Assembly: GCA_951406725.2 (NCBI GenBank)
Contig: OX597825.1
Span: 85,994,001-86,058,000, forward strand
Direction: 5' to 3'
DNA: 64,000 nucleotides
DNA from: Octopus vulgaris
Taxonomy: Eukaryota
Within the stretch, counting starts at the first letter, position 1. Each line of letters opens with the position of its first letter. Under the pieces are notes generated by a model. It was not told the DNA's origin and searched no databases. It was given only the letters and a program-made list of their open reading frames with translations. A program made the position numbers and the translations under genes. Shown piece by piece: positions 28,023-39,665 of this stretch.

Positions 28023-29853
28023 TACATGTCGTAACGACTTCTATTGCACAAATTACGGGACGTTCAGCTGCCAACCAAGGTTTCGCTGCTTGCCAAACCG
28101 AGAAAGACAAAATGTCAAAGCATCGGCAGCTCTCTGACAGATTTGTGGTCGAACCTCCGGTGTTCTCGGGCCCCGGGCTCTATATCCCGGCTCACAGCTA
28201 TCGGGGTAGAGATGGCATCCGCAACTGCGAGTCCCGTGAGTCAGAATAGCCGTCCCAGCGCATCTCCTACACCTCATTCTCCGAGACAACGCATTTTCCA
28301 TTTCGTTCGCAATACCGATAGAATAGAATAGTCCTGGGGTCGATTTGCTCGACTAAAGGCGATGCTCCAGCATGGCCGCAGTCAAATGACTGGAACAAGT
28401 AAAAGAAAGAATAAAAGAATGTTTCCTTATACTTCAAACCGCCTCCTCTCCCTCCTCTTCACCCCCGTCTTCGACTTCCTCTTCCTCCCCTTTCTTTACA
28501 GGTTTTGTCTTCTAATTACCCTTAGAAGGCATTGGTCAGTCCAGGGCTACAGAAGAGGCAACCCCCCACACACAGCCACACATACGCGATGTCCCCAGTG
28601 ACTGGTCAGTTCACACCAAATACATCAACAACCATTTCCACAACCAGTCAGTTGTTAAACAATTCAAAAAGACATTTTGTAATATTGAAATCGTGAAAAT
28701 ATCGCAGCCACTTCAAACTATGAAATAAAACGAAGAGAATTACTCAAGAAGCTTAGAGTCAAGTATATTGAAAAGGTTGCAAGACGCAACGAAAATTTTA
28801 AGAAAATAAAAATAAGAAACAAGTGGAAATTTTACCGGTGAGTGTGTTACATTATAAGGCACAAAAAGAAAATGACTCTCCCAAGACACGACAGTATATG
28901 CTTCAACACACGAACTCACATAAAGAATCTTGCAAACCAAATCCAAAAGCGAAACTTAATGACAATAATTTAAATAAATCATTTCCAAGATGAAGTTCTG
29001 AGTGAAATCTGCAGAAAATTCTAGATTAAGATTTTAGCTTAGTTGGGTAAAACAAAACCCCAAGCGGTAATTTTTAGCAACACTCAAAGCAAAGGGAAGA
29101 TAATTTGTAGTCAACAGGAATTAATCTTTCAAAAAACTTCCATGTTTTAAAGGAAACCATGTTAATTTGTACATAAGATACCTCACATGCAGCCACGCAG
29201 CCAGCCGATTGAACTGGGGGTACGGACAAAAGCTCCTACTTAAATTGTGAAAGCGGACGAAAGCCCCATGCTTATATTTTTCGGGGTTTGGAGGGGGGTT
29301 CACATTTCTTGACTCTTAACCTGGTCAAAACTTCTGATATATTTCGTTTTTATTTTCATTTTACTTGTTGCAATCATTAAACTGAGGCCATGCTGGGGCA
29401 TCACCTCGAAGAATTTTTAGTCGAATATTGTTTTTAATGATTTTCAACAAGCACATAGTTAAGCCGAAAAGGTCTTTCTACATGCTAGAGATAACAGACA
29501 AATCTTTAAACGTTATTTTTATATAATTTCAAATAAACATCGACCACGACGCTGACAGTGTGTCTTCTCAACAATTCGATGGTTTCGAATTGTTACTGCT
29601 AAGGTGGAGGTCGCATTTTTTGGAATCATGCTGTAACATTCCATTAGCTTTGAGTCTTTCTCTAATGTGTACTGGAATAATTTCATAAAAAGACCACGAG
29701 GCTACGTATCTTTCTTCCGAATAAAGATCCTGAAAAGCTTCATTTTCGTTTCCTCGAAAAGGCAATTCGTTTGCACAAATAAGTTCTGGAGTTGATTTGT
29801 TCGACTAAAGGTGGTGCTCCAGCATGGCCGCAGTTAAATGACTGAAACAAATA

Positions 29854-30270
29854 GGCATAGGAGTGGCTGTGTGGTGAGTAGCTTGCTTACGAACCACATG
29901 ATTCCGGGTTCAGTCCCACTGCGTGGCACCTTGGGCAAGTGTCTTCTACTATAGCCTCGGGCCGCCCAAAGCCTTGAGAGTGAATTTGGTAGGCGGAAAC
30001 TGAAAGAAGCCCGTTGTACATATATATATATAAGTGTGTGTGTGTATACGTTTGTGTCTGTGTTTGTCTCCCCCTACATCACTTGACAACCGATGCTGGT
30101 GTGCTTACGTCTCCCGTAAACATAGCGGTTCGGCAAAAGACCCGATAGAATAAGTACTAGGCTTACAAAGAATAAGTCCTGGGGGCGATTTGCTCGACTG
30201 AAGGCGGTGCTCCAGCATGGCCACAGTCAAATGACTGAAACAAGTAAAAGGAGCGTAAAAGAATAAAAGA
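29854..30270 (+). mobile_element. tRNA-derived SINE, family B (near full length)
   Basis: Reads ggagtggctgtgtggt...gggttcagtcccactgcgtggcaccttgggcaagt...gactgaaacaagtaaaag. Confidence 0.88.
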
Positions 30271-30598
30271 AATAGTTTTGCATAGATTTACGATTCATTT
30301 TCGGTCAGTAAAATTGTCATAATTAATGAACCAAGGGAAATAACTCAAGTTGGTCTTAGAAATTTTGATGCAACAGAGAATATTTCCAAGATGACTTAAT
30401 TTGCAAGAAATAGTAGCCAAATCACACAGTACACTAAATACATTACTAAATACAGTGCTAGATACATAACCTGTAAAAACATAAAGACGACGCAGGCACG
30501 GTTGGAAATGCTTTTGATTATAATTCTGCTGGATTTGGTCAGCCTTGGGCTAAACAATAACTTCATCCAACCACATTACTTTACAAAAATCATCTGAC

Positions 30599-30788
30599 CA
30601 GTGGTTCTCAACTTTTTTAATATCTTAACCCGATCCAAAACCTGAATTTTTTTAAAGGGACCACATCCGAAAAAGGAAAACAAATCAATTAAAGAGAATT
30701 TTATTTTTTGCGGGAAGACCGTCGCAGACCGCCAGAAGAATGCTTGAAGGCCGCTTGCGGCCCTAAAAGGCGCAGTTTAGAAGCGCTG
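30599..30788. mobile_element. Old hAT/Charlie-like MITE
   Basis: Starts cagtggttctcaac and ends gtttagaagcgctg. Flanks catctgac / cattaggc match at 5 of 8 positions. Confidence 0.45.
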
Positions 30789-31862
30789 CATTAGGCACTG
30801 GCTCAACCAAAAGTCTCCAAACCAATATTTAAATAGGCGTATGGCCGCCCTTTACTTCACGGTGACACCAACAGGCTACAATAACACAACAGATCCACCA
30901 CTCCACTCCATCGACCCCTTTCTTGCGGCATTAAACTGTTTTATTCTTCATGTAGGTTCAATCCTCGGGGTGAGGCCATCCCAAGGCCCCACCCTCAAAC
31001 GTTTTAATCAAAAATAATCACCTTCCGGTTTCTCATTAGTCTGGTTCACAAAATCCTCATTTACGTCCGTTTACCATGTTGGCATGGGTTGGACGGTTTA
31101 ACACGAGGTGGCACGCTGGGGAGCGGCACTAGGCCGCAATTGTCTGCTTTGGCATGGTTTCTAAAGCTGGATGCCCTTCCTAACACCAACCACTTTAGAG
31201 TGCTCCACTGGGCGCTTTTTATGTGGCACCAGCAGTATTTAATTTATGGTTCTTTACATTTTGAATTCAGCTTTCTTGTATTTTTCTGGGGTCAACAAAA
31301 CAAAGTACCAGTTAACTTCTGGGGTTCAATCCCCGTAAAGCATCGTAAATGTGAAGGGAAAAGAACAGGTACGTTTACCCGAGTTATACCTCTTTAAAGA
31401 GTTACCTCCCTTCTTAAATCGATGAGGTCAACGGTCATTTCAACGATGTTTGCACAATGTACATGTAGAGATCTTCGATGTGGTCATTGGACCCGCTAGA
31501 AATAGATGTCACATCTCCCGCAAATCCCACATCTTCAGAAAGGAAAGTATACTGAATAGCGCAGTCATGAATACCAACAAAAAGGTAGGATGTTCATGGA
31601 TGGAATGCCTTTAAACCAGGGTCCATGGAGTGGGGAGGTAAACAACAAAACAAATACAAATGCAAAAAGCATTGCCATCATTGGCAAAGATTTATGGTAG
31701 AAAGTAATTACTTTAAACGCCTATGAAGTCACAGACAGACATAGATACCTTTCTTAGCCCTCCTAATCTGGAGGACAAGGAGGGACAATGCACTGCCTGC
31801 TCCAGGAATTGAAACAAAAAACACTTATGGTAATGAGGCCAACAGCTTTACCACCAAGCCAA

Positions 31863-31955
<93 letters not shown>

Positions 31956-32062
31956 CAATAGAGGACAATAAAAACAACAATTAGAATGACAGGCAAAAAA
32001 GATGGGTCATTTGTGGCCTTCTTTCCTCAGTAAAGTTCCAGAAGTCACGACTATATATATAT

Positions 32063-32107
<45 letters not shown>

Positions 32108-32593
32108 AACTAAATTTGTAACTACTGCCTTCTAAGGATATTTCTTAATTCTTCCATCACGAATAGTGTATACTTAGTTTATATGGAAATCTTTGCTCAA
32201 TGACTTATACACCATATGCTCAACTATTCTAGAAACAGCTGTAATGACACTTTATGCCTTATTTCTTAATCTCTTATTTTCTCTAACAACTCTGCAACTA
32301 TGTTTGGATTAAAAATTACATGCTCCAACCCATGCCAGCAGGGAAGACAGACGTTAAACAACAACGACAATGGTGATTATGATTATGATGGTGACCTAAA
32401 GAGATACTACATGTTTTGCTTGGTTCATTCTCTTTTTCTCCCTTTTATATATCAAACTAAATCTCTGTATCTCACTCACAAGACATCAGCTGTGTAGAAC
32501 CACATACCTGTGGAATAAACCAAGAACACAACCGTTCCAACACGTGAAGAAGGTAAAATATAAAAATAAAATAAATCCAAGACTGCCAAGTAA

Positions 32594-33312
32594 TCATTCC
32601 GTTTTATTGTCTGTTTTACTCTTTAAGGCTTTCTGCAACAAACACTGCACCTTGGCACCTTGCTCCTCTGCACGAGAAATACACTGAAATAATTTCTCAT
32701 CAGATATTTTGGCTCCACCTGGCTTAAACACACCACACAGTTTCTGGTCACAAGTGCAGATCGTAACGGTGCCATCGGAGAGGTTCTCTTCTCCAATACA
32801 GGGGTCCATCAGTAGAATGTTACCATCCATTAAACTAAATGTTGTCGATACAGGATGAGAGTGGATGTTGAGGGGTCGCCTGCTGTCGAAATCAACACTG
32901 ATTTCAAGGGAGTCTTCATCCACAGTCACTTTAGGTAATTGGCAATTATAAAGAGCTGCCATCAGAGACAGCAGTGCCACGTCTAAAACATTCCCATCAT
33001 AATCAAGGCAGATCATGTCACAGTATAACACCCAAACTAACTTCCCAGGGGTGATGCACAGGTCCTTCAGATCTAAACAGTTTGAATTCTTTACTATATC
33101 AAAAAGCATCTGGCTTGTGCGTTGTGCCTGGTCCCCTGGAGGTCCTGGTCGGAAATTGGGGGAACACAGAGTAGACAGTTCCAAATTAGGTACAATGAAA
33201 CCTTGGTCTGGTTCTTCACATTTCGGTATTGCCAGTTCCACTTTAATACCACATATCACAGCGGTATCTCCAGTCTTCACAAGGGCAGAACCATCGGCTG
33301 AAGAGATGTAAC
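32594..33312 (-). CDS. EXOSC8: Exosome complex component RRP43, coding exon 2 (GYISSADGSALVKTGDTAVICGIK...KTDNKTE*)
   Basis: Acceptor ttttttttcgttgtag|GT at 33313/33312. Has Rrp43-type motifs ADGSALVK, FRPGPP, LCITPGKLVWVLYCD and CLDYDGNVLD. Spliced CDS is 837 nt = 278 aa plus stop. Confidence 0.95.
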
Positions 33313-33649
33313 CTACAACGAAAAAAAATTGAAGACATTTTCTAAATACAAACAACACAAAGAATAAAAAGTTTTAAAAAACAGCAAAACAAATAAGATG
33401 TAAACAACAATAATACAAAATTAAACATAAATAACATTTCAGACTGATGATTAGTCCAACCCATGCTAGCATGGAAAGCGGACGTTAAACGATGATGATG
33501 ATGATAATGACAGTTTACAGGAAAATGGGAAGGGGGGGTCAAAACATTGAAGAATTCTTTTTGTTGGGTTTCATAAGAACCACAGCTAATCCCTGATAAT
33601 ATGGAATCAACTGTTTAGCATTCAGACTACTCTTCCTAATGTTGTTTTT

Positions 33650-33982
33650 GTGACCCCCTTCGGTCATGAATGACCATGGGATTGCACCTAGAAAGTTACC
33701 CTCCGAGGAACAAGTCCAGGCAAGGTTGTTTTATGGGAGGCCAGCAGTCACCCATGCATACCGGATTCCCCTCTTTATGCCATTGATGTTATCCAAGGGA
33801 AAGGCAAAGGGGCCGATACAGCTTGGCACCTGTGACGTCACAACTCACTTCCACAGTTGACTGAACTGGAGCAATGTGAAATAAAGTGTCTTGCTCAAGA
33901 ACACAACACGCACCCTGGCCCGGGAATCGAACTCACAACCTCACGATCGTAAGCGCGACACTAACTACTGAGCCATGCACCT
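33650..33982 (-). mobile_element. tRNA-derived SINE, family D
   Basis: Minus strand has A box tggctcagtagttag, B box gagttcgattccc, then ttgtgttcttgagcaagacacttta. Related heads occur at ~24580-24680 (-) and ~48175-48290 (+). Confidence 0.75.
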
Positions 33983-34419
33983 TAACTACTCAGCTGAACA
34001 GAGGCACAGTATTGAGGGAGGTGGCTTTATGTCAGGTAATGAGAAGAGGCACATTGTGACTCTAATGGAAAAGGAGACAGGATGGTGGTGGTGGTGGAGT
34101 GGAGAGGGAGAATAAGGATGGGTGGATGAGTAGGTTCACAACTGCGTGAAAAGAGATGCTTAGAGATGAGGATAAATTTGAATGCAGGGGAATGGAGGAC
34201 AGCGGTGGAGATGTAGTCTCTGGTGAATCTCAGTTTGGGGGAGAAAGTAAAAGAAAACAGAACGAATCAAGAAGATTCAGGGCAGAACATAAAGGGAGGG
34301 GTGGGTGGGGTGGAGAGTAAAAAGTATGAAGAGTATAAGGCGTCGATAGTAAAACGGGTATGTTAGGTATTACATATTTATATAATGCAATAACTGGGGT
34401 GAAAGCAATGGAAAATATA

Positions 34420-34625
34420 TTGGGTTGGGGCATGAATTATTGCCGCTTTTTGTTCAATAAATTTTATTCAACAAAAAATTTAAACAAAACGCCAAGTAGA
34501 AATTGAAGTGGATGGTGAATATGCTCCAGAATTATCATTTAAAGATGTTTTAGTTAAATGTTGTTATAGTTTGTGTTGAATAAATTTTATTTTTAAAAAG
34601 CCGCAATAATTATGCACCAACCTCA
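34420..34625. mobile_element. Mariner-derived MITE (MADE1-like TIRs) with TA target duplication
   Basis: TA|ttgggttggggcatgaattattgccgcttttt ... aaaaagccgcaataattatgcaccaacctca|TA. Confidence 0.8.
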
Positions 34626-36249
34626 TAATGGCGAAGCCTTGAAAGAGGGAGATAACTACTACAGAAGTAGGTTGATTACTTCCCTTGCTTAGTCGCCAAC
34701 CTTTTCAAGCTTTTATAGGCGGTAATTTGAATTTTCAACAATACAGAAAAATAATAAATGTCTGGTATATATATGCACTCTACAAATAGAGAGCTTTATG
34801 TATATGCATTCTATAAAGAGAATGGTCTGGCGTATACACACATTCCACAAATAGAAAAATTCGGTGAATATACCTTCCATAAATTTCCAGTTCTTCTCAC
34901 GAGAGATGAGAGAAGACAGCACAAAACAAAATGTTTGGAATGGAATAAACAGAAATTTTGACATAATTGGGGAATTAGTTAATCTGGTGCCTATGATAAA
35001 AGGCAATCCAGTTGTGACCATCCCATCATTTTGTAAATGGGAGATTGCAAATCCAATATGCCTTCTTATTTTTCTGTAGAATATGTGTGATTTGAGGGAG
35101 ATTAGTTGCTTATTTCTAGCAAATCTAAACAAATTATGAGTCTTCCAGCCATGAGACTACATGCACGTGTTTCCTTGTCAACAGTCTCGTGTACGTCTGT
35201 GCATGCTTGTTCTGCTCCATGTGTCGCCTGTTTAGGTGTGTGTGTGTCTACCTCTTTGCCATGCATGTTGCAATATTTCAGTTCGTTGATGCATGTTGCA
35301 TTGTAACTAATACGGCTTTTTCGACATTGATCTCGTCTTCTTCTTGGAAATTTACGGATTTTACTTACACAAATGAAACAGGTGAGAACAAATAAACAAG
35401 GCTTTTTTTTTTTCTCCAAGTTTAAAATGCAACGTTTTTGTTAGAACTACATTCCACACACATAAATGCAGAACACGCTTGCACACACACACACACACAC
35501 ACAATAAGAAGCACGCGCACACACATACAAACACATGTACATCCATTAGATTCCTCTTCCACACACACACAGACGACATGTCAAACAGAAGAAACAGGCT
35601 TCAGGGAAATGCCTGAAGATTTTTGGCAAGACTGAGACATATTCCAAAAGAAGGCCAGCTGCAGATACACAATACTCAACCAGTGGAACATGGATGACCA
35701 TCCAAGATTCAAAATCCCTGTTCCATGTGGCAGAATATTCCTCTACACTTATAGTATTATAGGGGCAGTGGGGGGGTACACAGTTCCCTGGTATCACTGC
35801 ATTTGTTATGGGAGAGAGAGATTTAGGGGTAAGGATTACCCATCCATCCAGCCCCAACGTGACAGGAGGTTGCTGGAAATCCATTTTTTGTTTTCTCTCA
35901 GAGTGAACTACCCCACAAGGCAGCATTTATTCGGGGTGGTGGTGCCGCTAAGTCGTCTCCACTAAGGAGCCTTATCTACTTGCAGAGGTATGCATGTGTG
36001 TGCAGACAGACAGAAATAAATACACCCAACACACACACACACAGAGTTTTTTTTATTTAACATTATACCAGAGTCATCAAATGTTATGCATTTGTTTATC
36101 AACAAAGCCAGAAATTAACAAGAGAACAACCAAGGCCAGGTTACAAGGTGAGACGAGTTTTGTGTTTGTTTCGAAGAGGCCCATCTATAAACACACACAA
36201 ATATTATAGACGTGTCGGAGATTAATCGGGTTTGTTTAGCAAAAATATA

Positions 36250-36626
36250 TTCTTTTATTTGTTTCAGTCATTTGACTGTGGCCATGCTGGAGCACCACCT
36301 TTAGTCGAACAAATCGACCCCAGGACTGGACTTACTCTTTGTAAGCCTAGTACTTATTCTATCGGTCTTTTTTGCCGAACCGCTACGTTACGTGGACGTA
36401 AACACACCAGCATCGGTTGTCAAGCGATGGTGGGGAGGGGAAAACACAGACACACAAACATACATATATTTATATATACCAGCTCCTTTGGTTCTCCGTC
36501 TGCCAAATCTACTCACAAGACTTTAGTGGCCCCGAGGCTATGGTAGAAGACACTTGCCCAAGGTGCCACGCAGTGTGACTGAACCCGGAACCATGTGGTT
36601 CGTAGGGAAGCTTCTTACGACACAGA
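36250..36626 (-). mobile_element. SINE family B copy in the EXOSC8 intron
   Basis: Reverse complement of the 29854 element. Confidence 0.83.
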
Positions 36627-37162
36627 CATTAATAAACGGGCGATCTGAATGCAGGTGAAATCAGCTGGAAATTCTGTCGACTGAGTTGGGTTCAGCATGT
36701 GTTGTGTTCCAACTTATTGGGAACGTGTGTTATGGCAATAATTTCGATACCAAACAAGGGAAAGCCGTCGAATAATAATAATAATAAAGGCATGATTCGA
36801 TTATGTATAAGGCCAGGTATTTATAAATGGGATATATTTAAATGGAAGTTGAGAGAGAACCGATTGATGTTTTATACACGATGTGTCCAGAGAGAGAGAG
36901 AAAGTGGTGGGGAAATAAAAAGGAATCAAGTCAAAGTGTTTGTGTGACGGGAATTTGTTACCTTGAAACATCCCTGCTCCAGGAAATGTCCAAATAGGAA
37001 CACGAATGGGTTTATAAGTGGGGAAATATAAGAGAGAGGGTGTGTGTGTGTTTTATAAGAGATGTTTATGTTTCTCGAATCGGTCGATTTGCCGCGGGAA
37101 ATGAATTCTAAAAGGAAACTTTAAAACAGAATGGTGTGATTTATAAATGGAGAAATAGTTAC

Positions 37163-37280
37163 CAATGTTAACAATGATGGATCGCGACTCGCCCAGTTCC
37201 CTGCCGTCGGGTCTGATGTCGTTCTTGAGGAATTTCCTCAGATATTCCAAAGGTTGAGCAGCTTCGAAATCCTCCGCCAT
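37163..37280 (-). CDS. EXOSC8: Exosome complex component RRP43, coding exon 1 (MAEDFEAAQPLEYLRKFLKNDIRPDGRELGESRSIIVNI+G)
   Basis: ATG at 37280. Contains the RNase PH-family RPDGR motif. 118 nt ending at donor G|GTAAC (phase 1), matching the next exon. Confidence 0.93.
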
Positions 37281-37360
37281 TCTTTTCGGAAAAGAAGCAC
37301 TCTCCCGTCACGTGACCTGCCTCTATTTCCGCTTCCGGTTTCGTTTCGGTTTCGTTTCAC
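37281..37360 (-). promoter_or_regulatory. Putative EXOSC8 core promoter / 5'UTR motifs
   Basis: CpG-containing segment just upstream of the ATG. Contains palindromic E-box GTCACGTGAC (37307-37316), ETS-type CCGGAAG (37332-37338, minus) and tandem GAAAC repeats. Confidence 0.6.
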
Positions 37361-37547
37361 CGTTTGTTGATTCCGTTGTCTTGGTTATGAGACGCTCTTT
37401 AACGACGAAATGGTATTAAATATTTATATGTGGGAGAGGAAGAAATAAGGATTTTACTCTCGATAAAGCCTTGTTTTAAGAATAATATGTTGTAGTTGGT
37501 ATGTGAATGCAGTGTTGCGAGCAAACATTTAAATCAATTGAAATTTG

Positions 37548-37790
37548 GGTACTACTTAAGAAGAGCGGTCCCGGTGCGCGCACTCGCGTAGTTGCGCATC
37601 CGCAATAGCTAGTCGTGGCTAGTCGATACTTACTTTGTGTTTTTGTATTTTATTTACTTTGTTTAAATTATTTACTTTGAGTTTTTGTGTTTTATTTACT
37701 TTGCTAGGTAGTCATAGGATCGACTAGTCACGACTAGCTGGGGCGACTACGCGAGTGCGCGCACCGAGACCACTCTTCTTAAGTAGTACC
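37548..37790. mobile_element. MITE with long TIRs starting GGTAC and 8-bp TSD (Merlin-like)
   Basis: TIR ggtactacttaagaagag(c/t)ggtc(c/t)cggtgcgcgcactcgcgtagt. Flanks are gaaatttg and gaaatctg. Confidence 0.82.
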
Positions 37791-38372
37791 GAAATCTGTT
37801 TATGACATGTTTTGACCCGTACAAAGGCTACATTCACAACGTTTTGACCCGTACAAAGGCTATATTAATGTAAGAAATTAGAATGTTGTATCTTACTTTA
37901 ATTGTGCCTCTCATCGTTCCGATGTTGATAAAATAATTACGTGGAGGATTAATATAACTATTCCTATGATGTATTCTAAGTGTGAATGGAATTATAATAG
38001 AAGAGGAAAGATTAGTGTCAATTAGCTTGGTCATGAGTCTGGTGTTCTTAGTTCCATCAATCTACTGCCTTTGATTGGTAATTTTTTCCTGGCCCCAAAA
38101 GGCTGAAAGACAAAATTAACCTTAGTAGGAATTGAACTCAGAGCAGAGAAAGTCACCACAGAACCATTTTGTCTGAGGCTCTAACAATTCTACTAATTTC
38201 ACAGACATTCAAAACTCATGCACCAAACCAACTGTAGTTCAGTCCAATGATGCCAACCTCTCATATTTTGGCAATGGAACCAATCAGGGTCTCTTTTTGT
38301 AAATCCAGTTTTTTAACCTGGAGAAAATGTCGTAACTCCATAGGAGAAAGGGTTGGTATTTAGGATATTTAT

Positions 38373-38597
38373 GGCGGCGAGCTGGCAGAAACGTTAGCAC
38401 GCCGGGCGAAATGCGTAGCCGTAATTCGTCTGTCATTATTACGTTGTGAGTTCAAATTCCGCCTAGGTCAACTTTGCCTTTCATCCTTTCGGGATCGATA
38501 AATAAAGTACCAGTTACGCACTGGGGTCGATGTAATCGACTTAATACTTATGTCCCTTCTATGTTTAGCCCCTTGTGGGTAATAAAGAAATAGGTAT
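38373..38597 (+). mobile_element. tRNA-derived SINE, family A
   Basis: Same sequence as the 12548 copy, flanked by a ggtatttagg(a/g)tat duplication. Confidence 0.85.
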
Positions 38598-39123
38598 TTA
38601 GGGTATCACCTCCAGGAGGGGATGAAAGATAATGTTGGGTGAGATTGAAACTCTGACTGTGAATAAACAAACCTAAATACTAAAAGGTATTTGGTGCCAT
38701 TTCTACCATTCTTTACCAGTATCTTCATAAAGATTTCCAACATGACAAGACCAGACATTTGTAGGGGTCAGGGGACAGTCAGGTATATGAACCCCAGAAT
38801 TTAATTGATATTTAATATTTTATCAACGCTGCCTGGACAAACCAATGATCTGGAAATAAGTGATTAGAATTAATTTAGACTGTAGTGTCTTTGAGAAAGG
38901 AAAGGAACAGTGAAAAATGTCATCATAGGTCTGAATAGATAGTGTCTGTGTCTATCTCCCCAACATCGCTTGACAACTGATGCTGGTGTGTTTACATCCC
39001 CGTAACTTAGTAAGTACTAGGCTTACAAAGAATAAGTCCTAGGATTGATTTGTTCAACTAAAGACGGTGCTCCAGCATGGCCACAGTCAAATGACTGAAA
39101 CAAGTAAGAGAGTAAAGAGTAAC

Positions 39124-39207
39124 CATTTAGAGTGGAGTAGAAACCTACAGAATCGGTCCCTAGAGCAGTGGAAGATTGTTATTTTCTCGGACAAGTCATC
39201 CTTTACA
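39124..39207 (+). mobile_element. Tc1-like transposase fragment
   Basis: HLEWSRNLQNRSLEQWKIVIFSDKSSFT matches the Tc1 W..VIFSDES.F motif. Confidence 0.7.
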
Positions 39208-39599
39208 GGAGCCAGTCAGGCAGGCCTGGTATTAATCACATTCAGATGGTGCTTTTTACATGCCACCAGGACAGGAGCCAGTCAGGGGCCACTGGCATCA
39301 GTCATGTTCGGATGGTGCTTTTCACATGCCATATATGTAGAAGGACCTTCTACTACCATGTTCTTAATGATGAAATTAACCTCTCTGTCTATATATCTAC
39401 CCTCTTTGTAATGTTGGCAAATGAAATAAGTATTAAAATGTGCATTGTCCATTTAATTTTAAAAATTCTATATGCGGCTGAAGATTGCTCGACATTTTAA
39501 AACTGATGTAATACTTACAGTGTTTAATAAAATGAAGTAGTATGAAACGATTGTACTACACTACCTTGGATATCCTAGTTGCTTATTTTGATTATATAC

Positions 39600-39665
<66 letters not shown>

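Noticed and set aside
29854-29925. tRNA genes at SINE heads (also 12548, 33910-33982, 48175)
   Set aside because: A/B boxes are present but there is no complete cloverleaf, and each continues into a SINE body.
33015-33311. 98-aa + strand ORF
   Set aside because: Antisense shadow of the EXOSC8 exon.
33313-33358. N-terminal MLFVFRKCLQFFFVV of the 254-aa ORF
   Set aside because: This is the intron's polypyrimidine tract and acceptor. The true start is at 37280.
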